Positions 45,661 to 55,626 of a stretch of 64,000 nucleotides of DNA are shown here, piece after piece (position 1 is the first letter of the stretch; each line of letters opens with the position of its first letter). A model generated the notes under the pieces. That model had not been told where the DNA came from. It saw only the letters and a program-made list of their open reading frames with translations, and made no database searches. Origin of the DNA: a virus; the IMG/VR virus record IMGVR_UViG_3300021478_000216, positions 14,995-78,994 of that record; one strand, written 5' to 3'. Both the position numbers and the translations under genes were made by a program.

Positions 45661-46266
45661 CTATTCGGCCTCGTCGAAATCTTCGTCTGCCGCAAGGTCC
45701 TCGACCGCAGCAGCGTCCTCGAGATCCGGGTCCTCAGCGGCGTCAGCAGCTTCGCCTTCCGGCTTCGCCTTAGGCTGACCAGGCTGGCGCTTCGGGCGAT
45801 CCTTCCACCACTTGAGGGCGTCTTCCTCGACGAGACCGGGCCGCGTGAGCGTCTCGTTGGTGACGGAGTGTGTCTGGATCTCGTCGAACATGTTGCCGGC
45901 CTTGTCGAAGTGCTTGACAGGCATGCCGTTGGATGCCGACTTGCGTACCAGTCCGTAGACCTGCACAGGGCTCATGCTCTCGCCTGCCAGCCCGAGCTCC
46001 ACCAGCTTGTGCCGGAAGGCTACAGGGGAGATGTAGCCTTCGGGGAGATCAGGCTTGCGCCTCTCCGGCTTGTCCTTCGCCTTCTTTGACTTGGTCGCCG
46101 CGGCCAGCTGCTCCTCGAGCTCGACGATTCGAGCCTTCAGCTCATCGACGGTCGGCTCGGCCTCGGTAGCTTCGTCTGTTACGAAGTCGGTCTCGGTCAT
46201 CTCGGTTGTCCCTTCTTGCTCGTCCGCCGACACAGGCTGTTGAGCGGCTCTACGCCTGCTTGCCAT
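45661..46266 (-). CDS. Acidic protein with putative DNA-binding domain (distant member of paralog family)
   Basis: ISPVAF...MSPVQVYGLVRK core, acidic termini, AGGAG RBS, GC3-rich. Confidence 0.7.
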   Translation of the reverse strand: MASRRRAAQQPVSADEQEGTTEMTETDFVTDEATEAEPTVDELKARIVELEEQLAAATKSKKAKDKPERRKPDLPEGYISPVAFRHKLVELGLAGESMSPVQVYGLVRKSASNGMPVKHFDKAGNMFDEIQTHSVTNETLTRPGLVEEDALKWWKDRPKRQPGQPKAKPEGEAADAAEDPDLEDAAAVEDLAADEDFDEAE

Positions 46267-46316
46267 GATCAGCTCCTGTTGTCCCTAGTCAGCTCCACAT
46301 TTCTGCGTATACTAAT

Positions 46317-46346
46317 ATTATAGCTGTAGCCTCAAGGCGCTTGCAA
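46317..46346 (-). promoter_or_regulatory. Promoter, TTGCAA-N18-TATAAT
   Basis: Promoter family member upstream of 45661-46266 and the RNA array. Confidence 0.75.
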
Positions 46347-46396
46347 GAGGCTACTGAGGGGAAAAATTCTTGAATTTTCGCGGACTGTGTTTGTGA

Positions 46397-46807
46397 CTAG
46401 AGTACAGCGATAATTACGGCCATAATTATAACCAAGACTATTATCACATTGATAGACTCTTGAGCAGTCAGCTGCTGTGGTGGTCGCTTCTTGACTGGAG
46501 CCTGCTTAGGCTCCTTGACGGCTACTGTAGTGATAGGCTCTGCGTACAGGTCAGTCATTCGGTCCTTGGCGTAAGCGTGTCCTGTCCTGATAAACTCACT
46601 GCGCCACCAGTCATAGGTCTGTACTATGTTGACCTTATGCAAGTCCTCGTAGATCGCGTCCGTCGTGGTCCACACAGGACAGTTACTGCATACCTTCAGA
46701 GAACCGTTTTCAGGCCGAACTATACGACAGGTGTAGTTCGAACTTGGGCCGTGTCGATAGTTCTGGCAAGTGCCTCGGAACTTATCCTGATCTACTTCGA
46801 TAGTCAT
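46397..46807 (-). CDS. Hypothetical protein with C-terminal TM anchor
   Basis: Cys motifs, hydrophobic C-terminus. Confidence 0.55.
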   Translation of the reverse strand: MTIEVDQDKFRGTCQNYRHGPSSNYTCRIVRPENGSLKVCSNCPVWTTTDAIYEDLHKVNIVQTYDWWRSEFIRTGHAYAKDRMTDLYAEPITTVAVKEPKQAPVKKRPPQQLTAQESINVIIVLVIIMAVIIAVL

Positions 46808-47127
46808 GACTCATCATCGGTCTCTTCCCGCTCGAACTTGAGCAGGACGTAGGTATTGCCTGGCTGAAGGTGTCGAGATTCGTTGTTCACTTTGACCTCC
46901 AGCGGGTTCTTTGCACTATTTGGAACGGCTATAGTAGAAGCTGTCACATGGAGTCCTCGGACACGTGCAGTACGTCGCGCTAGGAGTACGAAGCTTTCAG
47001 CCATGCACCGGAAGTCCTTCTTCTCAACTAGGAGACGCTCCGTACCATCAGTCCACTCGTTCCAAGGGTAGGCTGGTGGACGACCTAGACGGACAGTGCG
47101 GTCTTCGTTCGGGTAGTAGTTAGTCAT
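46804..47127 (-). CDS. Hypothetical protein (GRPPAYPWNEW motif)
   Basis: AAGGAAGG RBS, 107 aa. Confidence 0.6.
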   Translation of the reverse strand: MTNYYPNEDRTVRLGRPPAYPWNEWTDGTERLLVEKKDFRCMAESFVLLARRTARVRGLHVTASTIAVPNSAKNPLEVKVNNESRHLQPGNTYVLLKFEREETDDES

Positions 47128-47159
47128 TAGTTGTTCCTTCCTTTGTAGATACCCTCAAG

Positions 47160-47275
47160 GCCCTGTTCAGCACCCAGAACTGAACAGGACTTTCAAGGCA
47201 ACTACCGTAGTTACCTCAAGGCCCTGCCCGAGCCGCCTCGTAAGGCGTTCCCGCGCCGTACGGCTCGGACAGGAC
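47160..47275 (-). other. Two GUCCUG-based stem-loops related to RNA array units
   Basis: GTCCTGTCCGAGCCG/CGGCTCGGGCAGGGC and GTCCTGTTCAG/CTGAACAGGGC on minus strand. Confidence 0.55.
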
Positions 47276-47285
47276 GTTCAGGCGA

Positions 47286-48380
47286 CTAGTGTCCGCTAAT
47301 GAAGTAGACGTAGCCCCAGTGTGCACCCGGCCACGGTGTGATCGAGCCTGGTCCGGTCACCGGCTGGTAGAACACGGTGTAACCGTGACCCGCCAGCAGG
47401 CCTCCGTAGACCGCTTCGTTCAGTCCGAGCTGACCGTGAACCCAGCCCTGGTGACCATTGATCGCGCCAGGCCCGACGATCGTGAAGTGATCCCACGACG
47501 GCGATCCTGACTGGACGAAGAACACGTTCTCGCGGGAACTGTTGATGCCCGCAACCGCATGCCCGTGAGACAGCCTCGGAGTGTCGTTACCGACGATCGC
47601 GCCGTCGACTTCGACCTTGAAGGTGTCGACAGCGACAGCACCCATCGTGTCCGTCGCAGTGACGGACAGTCCGCTGTACTCATCGGGTCGAGCGTTGGTA
47701 GCCACCAGGTGGCTGCCGTTCAGGGCCACACCGTTCGGTGCATTGGCCAAGGTAAAGCCTGCACCGGTTGGAGTGCTGACGAAGTCGATCGCGTCGGTTA
47801 CGTTGTTGTTCGTGCCGATAAGAGTTACGTCGTCAGTTACAGCGGTCACATCGATCGCGGTGAGATGGCCAGCCACGATGACAGGCACTGCGGTCAGCAT
47901 CTCGAACGCCTTGGCTACGCCGTCTGTTGCGCTCACCGTGAGACTGATGTTCTGGTTGTTGGCAGGAGTGATCACAGGAGCAGTTGGCGTGACTGTCAGC
48001 AGACCGCTCGTCTGATCGATACTGATCAGAGTACTGGGCGGAATGTTGGTCTCACTGTCAATGTGCCAGGTCAGCGAGCCGTGAGACCCGAGCCCTGCGA
48101 ACTGTACACACATCACCGACGGTACCGTGAATACGCTAAACGAGCTACCGAGAAACGTAGCGGTCACAGGTGGTGTGGTCGGGCAGGTTACTGGCCCCTG
48201 CTCCCAGGCGTCCGCTGAGATTCCCGTGATCGCGTCCACGCTCTGGTGACTGGCTGTGATCTGCGTATCACCGTAGATCGGCGCAGCAGTCGCACGGTTA
48301 GCACCGAAGATGCCAGCGACGATAGCGGCGACGATCGCAATGATCGCACCTACTATCAGCTTCCTCTTCTTCCCAATCAT
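47286..48380 (-). CDS. Secreted/surface protein with Ig-like beta domains
   Basis: Signal peptide MIGKKRKLIVGAIIAIVAAIVAGIFGANRATAA; Thr-rich; LTVSATDG and LSVTATDT repeats. Confidence 0.7.
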   Translation of the reverse strand: MIGKKRKLIVGAIIAIVAAIVAGIFGANRATAAPIYGDTQITASHQSVDAITGISADAWEQGPVTCPTTPPVTATFLGSSFSVFTVPSVMCVQFAGLGSHGSLTWHIDSETNIPPSTLISIDQTSGLLTVTPTAPVITPANNQNISLTVSATDGVAKAFEMLTAVPVIVAGHLTAIDVTAVTDDVTLIGTNNNVTDAIDFVSTPTGAGFTLANAPNGVALNGSHLVATNARPDEYSGLSVTATDTMGAVAVDTFKVEVDGAIVGNDTPRLSHGHAVAGINSSRENVFFVQSGSPSWDHFTIVGPGAINGHQGWVHGQLGLNEAVYGGLLAGHGYTVFYQPVTGPGSITPWPGAHWGYVYFISGH

Positions 48381-49007
48381 GGATCGGGTTCCTTTCAGTT
48401 GTTACTGCAGGCGCAGGTTGCGCCCCAAACCGGGACGTCTGTCTCCAGACGCCCCGGAGTCTTGAGGACTACTGAAGGTTAGAGACCTTGTAGCGTCCAT
48501 GTGTCGGTCTGAGACTTGCGAAGTTCCTGGAGTTCCCAGTTACTCTGGGCGGGGTCTGGGCCCTGCGAGTTACTCGCGCCTCTGTTCATGACATCACTGT
48601 CCAGATACTCGTCTTAGTATCCCACAGCTCCCGCATCTCCCAGCCGCTCAGCCATATAGGTTTGTCCGGCCCTGTGGGGGTGCTATCGCCGTTACTGATA
48701 CTCGCGCCCTTCATATATTTCCTTCTGTTGTCTATACCGAGTTTCTCGGCACTAGCCAGTCGGGTAGCGCTGGCATGGTCTGGGTGTCCGCGAATCCATG
48801 TTCGTGAGACACCCTCACAGGCCACGGTGCCTGTGAGCCTAGCTGCATCCCTTCGTACACTTCTAGCGGTGGGATGATCTGTTGCTCCGGTTACTAGTTG
48901 GAATTCTAATATAGTTCACTTTTGACTATTAGGATACCTTAGAGGCCTCACCTCCTTCCGTTCTGGATTTGGTGATCTTTAGTTATACACATCGAGTGAG
49001 TTTCGCC

Positions 49008-49286
49008 TCAGCCTCTGGACCTGGGAAACTTGATGGTGAATTCGACTCGCTGACCAGGCATCCACTGCTGGACACAGAGGTCAACTAGTTCGTCGGAACA
49101 TCCCCTGAGTCGCTTCCTGATGTCAGCTGCCGATCTGACAGGCTCGCCGTCAAGGCTAGCGAGCATCACCTGGAGCTCTCTGATACCAGTCTGCGGGAAG
49201 GGTTTGATCTTCAGGCCGTAGCATCCCCAAGGGTTCTCGTCGGTCCCGTTGATCCTAACGGTGATCTCGACTTCGTCGTCAGCCAT
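49008..49286 (-). CDS. Hypothetical protein
   Basis: 92 aa, coupled to upstream gene. Confidence 0.6.
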   Translation of the reverse strand: MADDEVEITVRINGTDENPWGCYGLKIKPFPQTGIRELQVMLASLDGEPVRSAADIRKRLRGCSDELVDLCVQQWMPGQRVEFTIKFPRSRG

Positions 49287-49750
49287 TAGTTAGCCTGCTT
49301 GTATTCAGGCGCCTTGAACTCGACTGTCGGGGCGCCAACAGCTGCGTCGGCTAGCTCCTTCTCGGCTTCAACTTCGGCCTTCCGCCTCTTGGTCTTGACG
49401 ATGTCGTTGCCCTCGGCACCGCAGTTGCCGCAGTGATAGAGGAAGACCATGATCTCGATTGCGGTGTTGCCGGTGAGACGTGAGACGCTCCAGGTCTTCA
49501 TCTTGTCTGCTGTCGAGAGCAGAGCCTGTTCGTCCTCGTACATCTTGAACAGTTTGATGTACATGGAGATCGTTCTGGCCTTGCGATCGAACTCCGCACC
49601 GAGTTCGTCGAGCGTGAAGCCCTGCCTGTTCAGGACCATCATGATCTCGCCGAACCTGTAGGCCGCTATGAGGCCTCGGTTGTTGTTCGAGCGCAGCTGG
49701 TTAAAGCACTTGTGCGCTCCTCGGAATTCGAGCCTGATAACTCTTGCCAT
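49286..49750 (-). CDS. HTH plus CxxC protein
   Basis: FTLDELGAEFDRKARTISMY; HCGNCG. Confidence 0.55.
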   Translation of the reverse strand: MARVIRLEFRGAHKCFNQLRSNNNRGLIAAYRFGEIMMVLNRQGFTLDELGAEFDRKARTISMYIKLFKMYEDEQALLSTADKMKTWSVSRLTGNTAIEIMVFLYHCGNCGAEGNDIVKTKRRKAEVEAEKELADAAVGAPTVEFKAPEYKQAN

Positions 49751-49778
49751 AGCCGGTTTCTTTCTGTGTGTGTTCGTA

Positions 49779-50114
49779 CTAGTTCTTAATGTGCTCTAGG
49801 ATCTGACGTGCACGTCCTAGAACGACCGCTACGTCTGGTGGATAAGACCCGATAGGGAGCCCATGGCGTTCGAGACCTATGATCATCGACCACATCATCC
49901 GCAGGACTGGAAGTTCGACGTCGCTGATCGGGAGATCATGGTCTTCCAGTTCGCCTCTGCCCAGCTTGACAGCCCTAGCCCAAGCTTCCCGCATGTCGAC
50001 ATGGTCGAACAGAGTTGAAGGGCTTTCTGCACGGGACTTACACTGGGCGCAGCCATCATGAAACAGCTGCTTTCGGTTGTAGTTCGGCTGACCTTGATGG
50101 TAGTCATGTCCCAC
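49779..50114 (-). CDS. Hypothetical protein
   Basis: HDYH...HDGCAQC. Confidence 0.55.
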   Translation of the reverse strand: MGHDYHQGQPNYNRKQLFHDGCAQCKSRAESPSTLFDHVDMREAWARAVKLGRGELEDHDLPISDVELPVLRMMWSMIIGLERHGLPIGSYPPDVAVVLGRARQILEHIKN

Positions 50115-50455
50115 TGCGTCTAACCTCTCTCACGACCCACTCTGCCTGAACGTCCTCAAGCAGGCGCCCTTCGAAGCGAGTCCCCGGGCCGGAGCCTTCT
50201 CGCTCGTAATTACGAGTGATAGCAGCTAGACCATCCGATATCCGAATAACCAGAGGATCGTCTGGTCTCGGAGCGTTCGGGCTGCTTACCGCTTCGTAAC
50301 TCATGACACGACTTCGATCTCAGCCCAAGCTGAGTAGCCGTATTTGTTGAGCTGTCTGAAGTATCGCTCAAGGTCGACTACCGTGACCTTTTTCGGTGCT
50401 ACGTAGGAGTGATTATCGTGAAGGAAGTTGTCCGAGAAGAACACCCGAATCTGGA

Positions 50456-51700
50456 TCATTCGGCTTCGTCTTCCTCGTCAGGATCTTCGTCTACGAAGAC
50501 CTGAGGCTCTTCCTTAGCTGCGCGAGCTTGTGCCCACATGTGGAAGTCGCTGGTGCTGTAGCCTCTACGATTTTCTCCGTCAAGCCACTTCTGTCGGGTC
50601 TCGATTCCGTACGGCTTGAGGATGTTGGCTATCTGTCGCGCCGCGATAATCGGGTTGTCTAGCCAGGTCGCCCACGAGATCTTGCTGTCGTGATCTCGCT
50701 GAAGCTTGAGCAGGGCAATCAGGTCGCCTGTCGGTAGGAAGATACCTTGTCCTGTGACGGACGTGACAATCCTGATGAGCTCTTCCGCAGGGCTGACCTT
50801 AGCAGTCCGTGAAATACCGAGGACTACCTCTCTGCAGGCCTGACGGATTCGAGCGCTCCAGTCTGGTCCTGCTAGGTCGCCTATCCCGATCATGACCTTC
50901 ATGATCTGACGTCTGCGTGACCTAAGACCTTCAGGCATATCTGGCTGGGTATCGAGCTCTGGTCCCCGTTCTGCCAACCAGGACTGAAGGATCTCCGCGA
51001 CCCTCGCTGCCTCGCCTCGGAACAGATCTGGTTCGTACTCCTGCAGGTCGACGGTGTCTGGTACCGACCTCATGTTGATCGGAATGCTCCGACTTGCTAG
51101 CGTATCAGGCAACTTGCCGATACCTGCGAACGCAGCACACACGAAGACTGGGTAACGATATGCGCTACCGCTTCTGCTTCTCAGAACGTAGCCATCCATT
51201 GTGTATCCGTTGTTGAGGATGGCTAGCTGTTCGCGGTATCTTCTGCCTTGCCCGCTTGGACCCCACATGTTGTCTGTCTCGTCGAAACAGATCGTGGGCT
51301 GCTCCTGATCGATGATCGCGTACAGCGAGGCTGGACTCGCATCCATTGTCACGACTGCGTCTTTGCCGAGAGCAGAGATCATGCGAAGGACAGTTGTCTT
51401 GCCCGCTTCCTTTGTCGGTGCCATGACTGCCAGGCGAGGAGTCGCGTAGTACGCTTGGAACACATAAGTGTGCGCGATCCAGACAGTAAGAATGTCTAGT
51501 TCGGCGTCGCTTGCGTAGACGAAACGTCCTACGAATTCACGCACGACATCTAGCGGACAGGGCTCGTTGGACGTCATTATCCTATCGAGCTCGACCGCAG
51601 CTTCATGAAGCCTAGCCGGGACCTGCTTGCTACCTTCTCTGGGAGTGAATGCAGCAGCCAGGTCCTTGGCCAGACCTTCGATCTCCTTTGTGTTAGTCAC
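50456..51700 (-). CDS. DUF3631-type P-loop replication (primase/helicase-associated) protein
   Basis: TPRLAV..PTKEAGKTT, FDETD, ILNNGY, AGIGKLPDTLASRSIPI; GTG 51700 with AAGGAGG RBS. Confidence 0.75.
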   Translation of the reverse strand: MTNTKEIEGLAKDLAAAFTPREGSKQVPARLHEAAVELDRIMTSNEPCPLDVVREFVGRFVYASDAELDILTVWIAHTYVFQAYYATPRLAVMAPTKEAGKTTVLRMISALGKDAVVTMDASPASLYAIIDQEQPTICFDETDNMWGPSGQGRRYREQLAILNNGYTMDGYVLRSRSGSAYRYPVFVCAAFAGIGKLPDTLASRSIPINMRSVPDTVDLQEYEPDLFRGEAARVAEILQSWLAERGPELDTQPDMPEGLRSRRRQIMKVMIGIGDLAGPDWSARIRQACREVVLGISRTAKVSPAEELIRIVTSVTGQGIFLPTGDLIALLKLQRDHDSKISWATWLDNPIIAARQIANILKPYGIETRQKWLDGENRRGYSTSDFHMWAQARAAKEEPQVFVDEDPDEEDEAE

Positions 51701-51728
51701 TGGTACCTCCTTTCTTCTTTCTTTCTTA

Positions 51729-51758
51729 ATTATAAATGATGACGATAAGCAAACGCAA
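51729..51758 (-). promoter_or_regulatory. Promoter, TTGCGT-N18-TATAAT
   Basis: Promoter family member. Confidence 0.7.
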
Positions 51759-51786
51759 GGGAAAAAATCGCAAAGTTTTTGCAAAC

Positions 51787-51819
51787 GAGACGCCGTCTGC
51801 CGGGGACAGACGGCGTCTC
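51787..51819 (-). terminator. Terminator hairpin
   Basis: Perfect 13-bp stem GAGACGCCGTCTG/CAGACGGCGTCTC just after the 51833 stop. Confidence 0.7.
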
Positions 51820-51832
51820 TATGAGAGGTTCC

Positions 51833-52144
51833 TCAGGCTGCTGTGGTCTGTGGCGTCTCATCCAGCTCCTCTCTATGCGCCTGTCTTTCGGCAAGTCTCT
51901 CAACGTAACCTTGAAGCCATTTGTGGAACGACACTTGATCGATCGCCCACCTACCGTCACCAGAGCGACGACGACGGAACTTACCTTGGCGTGCGTATCC
52001 GTAGAGCATCGTAGGCGCTACGGTCTTGATTTCGCCAGTCCTCGGGTGACGAATGCCCGCCTTGGCTAGCTCTCTGTTAACTAGCCCTGTGGCCGCATAA
52101 GGCGTCATTGTGAACGCTTTGAGGTCACTAGCATCTGGTGCCAT
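51833..52144 (-). CDS. Putative DNA-binding protein, paralog family
   Basis: TPYAA...N...PTMLYGYARQGKF...IDQVSFHKWL. Confidence 0.7.
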   Translation of the reverse strand: MAPDASDLKAFTMTPYAATGLVNRELAKAGIRHPRTGEIKTVAPTMLYGYARQGKFRRRRSGDGRWAIDQVSFHKWLQGYVERLAERQAHREELDETPQTTAA

Positions 52145-52177
52145 TTTCCTCTCCCGAAATAATTGTTTCTTAATTTT

Positions 52178-52207
52178 ATTATAAGGTTAAACATTAGGAA
52201 AAAGCTA
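52178..52207 (-). promoter_or_regulatory. Promoter, TAGCTT-N18-TATAAT
   Basis: Promoter family member. Confidence 0.8.
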
Positions 52208-52287
52208 GAGGCACCTCAGGCTAATTTTTCTACCGTCAAACTCGTGAAGCCCGACCGACTGGGCCGATCGGGCCTCATGAACTGACG

Positions 52288-52554
52288 CTAGTTCTCGTCA
52301 GGATCGCCTAGGAACTTCAGCTCCTTGGCTACTGCTATTACTCGTGTCATGGCGTCGTAGATGTTTGTATCCTGCACTAGACCAGAAGCTACCCAGAGTC
52401 GCCTTCTATCCCAAGGGTTGTAGATGCTCATGTCTCCTTCTGTGAATATCTCGAATACACAGTCGAGATATCCTATCTTGGTCTTATCGACGCCTTTCGT
52501 GATCGAGTACGTGATGTGTTCTCCGTTTACCTCGATTATATCGATACTGCTCAT
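52288..52554 (-). CDS. Hypothetical protein
   Basis: 88 aa, operon packing. Confidence 0.55.
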   Translation of the reverse strand: MSSIDIIEVNGEHITYSITKGVDKTKIGYLDCVFEIFTEGDMSIYNPWDRRRLWVASGLVQDTNIYDAMTRVIAVAKELKFLGDPDEN

Positions 52555-52557
52555 GAT

Positions 52558-52797
52558 CTACTGCTCCTCGAACTGAGGGATCTGCTCGAGAAGCCACCGA
52601 GCTATGACTGCTGGGTCTTCTGTAACAGGCTCGGTGAGTTCCTTCTCCTGGTCTACACCATGAGTGCGATCCCAAGTGAACCACCAGCATCCATCGTTGC
52701 TCAGGTGGATCTCTCCGAGACCTGCTGCGACCCAGACGAATACATCGTCTGGGTCGTCGTTCTTGAATCCTGCTAGGTTAGGATCGGTTTTTCCCAT
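52558..52797 (-). CDS. Hypothetical protein
   Basis: Probable start MGKTDPN, avoiding overlap with upstream gene. Confidence 0.5.
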   Translation of the reverse strand: MGKTDPNLAGFKNDDPDDVFVWVAAGLGEIHLSNDGCWWFTWDRTHGVDQEKELTEPVTEDPAVIARWLLEQIPQFEEQ

Positions 52798-52810
52798 CCA
52801 GTAGAGGCTA

Positions 52811-53149
52811 TTACCTACGCCTCTTAGGAACGCTTCCGTATAATACACCCCATACACCTTCCCTTGGGTGTTCTGTGCAGATAGGGCAGTATCGTCGAGC
52901 TCCACCCGCATTCTTGATACGACGTTCGTCTTCCTTGGTGCCTTCTCGTGTTCTTGCAATAACGAACCCGAAGCCAGCTCTCAGGAAGGCATTTACGATC
53001 GCGACGCCTGAAGTTCCGTTTCGGTGATGATCGATCCGACGTTCGTTTGCGTACCAGCCCGTATAGTGCCGAGCCTGATTCCGAGCTATACCATCAGGTC
53101 CGAGGCGACCTTCGAAGTGCAACATATAGATCGTCCCGAGGTCGCTCAT
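52811..53149 (-). CDS. GIY-YIG-like nuclease
   Basis: TIYMLHF...ARHYTGW...RRIDHHRNG...E.RIK. Confidence 0.65.
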   Translation of the reverse strand: MSDLGTIYMLHFEGRLGPDGIARNQARHYTGWYANERRIDHHRNGTSGVAIVNAFLRAGFGFVIARTREGTKEDERRIKNAGGARRYCPICTEHPREGVWGVLYGSVPKRRR

Positions 53150-53535
53150 GACATGCCGTAAGGCCTTCTGTATCGGTGCCAAGGAGTTGGCTCTTCTGGG
53201 TCTCCACCCATTAGCTCCGACAGTAGGTTGTTGTACCCACCGATCATGTTCGTGATGAAGTCACGAACGACCATCGGCGAGCACTTGTTGCAGACGCCGC
53301 AGACCCACCAACCGTAACGCTTCGTGCGGCTCCAGCCTCGCTCGGACTTCTGCTTGCCTGGAACGCGGTGGGGTCCCTTACACCTCTGCGTAGGCTGCGC
53401 GATCAGCGCTTCTATCCTGACATCTTTCGAGGGAAGTACCGAGCACGTACCGTTGCTTTGTCCTTCGAGGACTTGACGTGCGAAATGCTCCGCAGCGTCA
53501 TTGTCTCGGAACGACAAGATGACAACCCTAGACAT
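53146..53535 (-). CDS. Hypothetical Zn-binding protein
   Basis: YGWWVCGVCNK. Confidence 0.55.
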   Translation of the reverse strand: MSRVVILSFRDNDAAEHFARQVLEGQSNGTCSVLPSKDVRIEALIAQPTQRCKGPHRVPGKQKSERGWSRTKRYGWWVCGVCNKCSPMVVRDFITNMIGGYNNLLSELMGGDPEEPTPWHRYRRPYGMS

Positions 53536-54070
53536 ACTCGGTCGTCCAGTCCTCTGGTAGACCGGCTTCGAGGTCGTCGAGCTCCTCCTCGGTCATCATC
53601 TTGGCGTCGCCCTGCTGTACACCGTTCTCGTCGAGTACCTTGACTTGGTATATCTTCGGACCCATGAGACAGTTCATGCAAGGGCAAGGACAGCTCTTTC
53701 CTGGGCATGCTTCGTCCATGCCATCATGTATGCACATATACTTCTCCCTTCTAGAACGCTACATCTCGTCCTGAATTGCGTCTATTACGCCTTCGACGTC
53801 GTTAATAGCGGCGTCTATCCGGTTTATTGCTTGACGCAAGCTGACAAGAGTTGCAGGGCTGCAAGACCCTACAGGGCCTCTCATCCTGTCTACAATGCGC
53901 TGGAGATTATCAAGCTCCGCCGGAATACTAGTCTTAGCACCCGACAGAGCGCTGTTCAACCTCCTGGCATAACCTATGAGTTTTACAGGTAGTACCATAC
54001 TTTCTCCCTTCCGACTGATCGCCGGCGGCCAAGCGGCGGGCTGGGCGTCCCGCCGCTGACCGTCACGCGA

Positions 54071-54673
54071 TCACTCGGCCTCGCTAGCCTCGATCTCGTC
54101 CGTCGTGACACCGTCGTCCTCGTGGCCCTCGGCGACGTCGACCTTCGCAGCCTCGTCGTCGGCGACCTTCTGGACCTGGGCCTTACCGGCACTCTTGCCC
54201 ACGACGCTGGCGATGTAGTCCGTCATCCAGGCGGTGAAGGACTCCTCGTCGATCTCGATGACCGGCTTGGAGATGCCCTTCGCAGTGACCTTGGTCGCCG
54301 GACGCGTGATGAACTTGCCCTTGGAGGCGTAGGTGTACATCATCGGACCCTGGATGACCTTGTCGACGCCTGCGGCTGCGAGCGCGGCGTTGAGACGCTT
54401 GCAGGCCTGGAAAGGCGTGACCGGCGAGTAAGGCTTGGGCTTAGCCGGCTCCGTCTTGGTCTCGACCTTGTCGTCGACCTCGTCCTCGTCGTCCTCGTCG
54501 TCCTCGTCGTCAGGCTCACCAGCGTAGTCGTCCTTGTCACGAGGCTCGGTGTTCGCTTCAGCGCGCTCGGTGGCGACATCGTCGGCGTCCTCGACGGTAT
54601 CGACGATCTCGACCTCGGGGGTCCCGTCGGTGACGTGACGGCGGTTACGAGTCGCAGTACGGGTAGCAGCCAT
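54071..54673 (-). CDS. Acidic protein with putative DNA-binding domain, paralog family
   Basis: TPFQAC...N...GPMMYTYASKGKF...IDEESFTAWM; very GC3-rich; AAGGAGAG RBS. Confidence 0.75.
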   Translation of the reverse strand: MAATRTATRNRRHVTDGTPEVEIVDTVEDADDVATERAEANTEPRDKDDYAGEPDDEDDEDDEDEVDDKVETKTEPAKPKPYSPVTPFQACKRLNAALAAAGVDKVIQGPMMYTYASKGKFITRPATKVTAKGISKPVIEIDEESFTAWMTDYIASVVGKSAGKAQVQKVADDEAAKVDVAEGHEDDGVTTDEIEASEAE

Positions 54674-54789
54674 TTCTGCTCTCCTTAGATTGTGGTTCGT
54701 ACTAGTTCGCTTGGACCGGGTGGTCCGATCCGCCTTCGTAGCCGAAGACGAACCGCACCCGCAGGTCTTTGCGATTGCCTTTTCTTTTT

Positions 54790-54819
54790 ATTTTACGCTG
54801 GTTCCGCTGGTGAAAGCTA
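54790..54819 (-). promoter_or_regulatory. Promoter, TAGCTT-N18-TAAAAT
   Basis: Promoter family member. Confidence 0.75.
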
Positions 54820-54851
54820 GCCTCCAGTTGAAGTTTTCCCAAATAACTTCC

Positions 54852-55223
54852 TTACGTGTCGTACTCGCTAGCCTTAGTCGAGTCTTTACATCCGTAGCAG
54901 GAGTAGTCTACTCCTCGCGTGTCGTGACGATGCGGAGGTCTCCGCATGTAGCCTGTTGCCTGCATGACGAAGCCGTAACGTTCGTACCACGCCACTAGCT
55001 CGGCGTAGTTCAAAGAGCCTGTAGGAAAAGGCTCTAGTTGTAGAACCACTTGTTCTCTGTCAGCATCTGCGAGGATGCGTCTGAGCAAGGCAGATCCGTA
55101 ACCGTTACCTCTGTTAGCATACGGGATTTTGATCCGAGCGATCGTCCAGTTCGGTGTCATCTCACTTGGCCGTACCAGATCTGCGATCCCGCGATGAGCT
55201 TTGTCGATATAACACGTTTCCAC
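54852..55223 (-). CDS. GNAT-family acetyltransferase
   Basis: NRGNGYGSALL acetyl-CoA motif and LVAWYERYGF. Confidence 0.8.
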   Translation of the reverse strand: METCYIDKAHRGIADLVRPSEMTPNWTIARIKIPYANRGNGYGSALLRRILADADREQVVLQLEPFPTGSLNYAELVAWYERYGFVMQATGYMRRPPHRHDTRGVDYSCYGCKDSTKASEYDT

Positions 55224-55372
55224 GTTAGGTCTCTCTGTGTTCGTGTTCGGGCAAGACTTCCCTGCATTCTTCGCAGAAGAAGACAGGGACTATCTGGCCG
55301 CCTATCATTCCCAGCATTACTTTCTCCCTTCCGAACCGCCTTCAGTCATCTGAAGGCGATCCGCACTGGAGA

Positions 55373-55543
55373 TCAGTACGTGAGCGAGGGTTCGTCACCG
55401 GACAGCCCAGCCGTGATCTGCTCCTTGTCCGTAGCAGACAGCTCTTCCCACTCAGCCTTGAAGGCCGTCAAGGACTGCCCTGGGAGCTTCCCGAAGTACT
55501 TCATCGCCTTGCCAATACCACTCGGCTGCTTGGCGTCCACCAT
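55373..55543 (-). CDS. 56-aa hypothetical protein (not in ORF track)
   Basis: MVDAKQPSGIGKAMKYFG...FKAEWEELSATDKEQI; GAAGGGAG RBS. Confidence 0.6.
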   Translation of the reverse strand: MVDAKQPSGIGKAMKYFGKLPGQSLTAFKAEWEELSATDKEQITAGLSGDEPSLTY

Positions 55544-55626
55544 GGTTCTCCCTTCTTGGAAGGTCTTTCCTTCCGAACCATACTCGAAGTTCTGGGATTA
55601 CCTCGAGTATGATTCGCAAGGGCTAC

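Noticed and set aside
48900-48995. Additional members of the promoter family (also near 44300-44345)
   Set aside because: AT-rich with -10-like hexamers, but the -35 and 18-bp spacing do not fit
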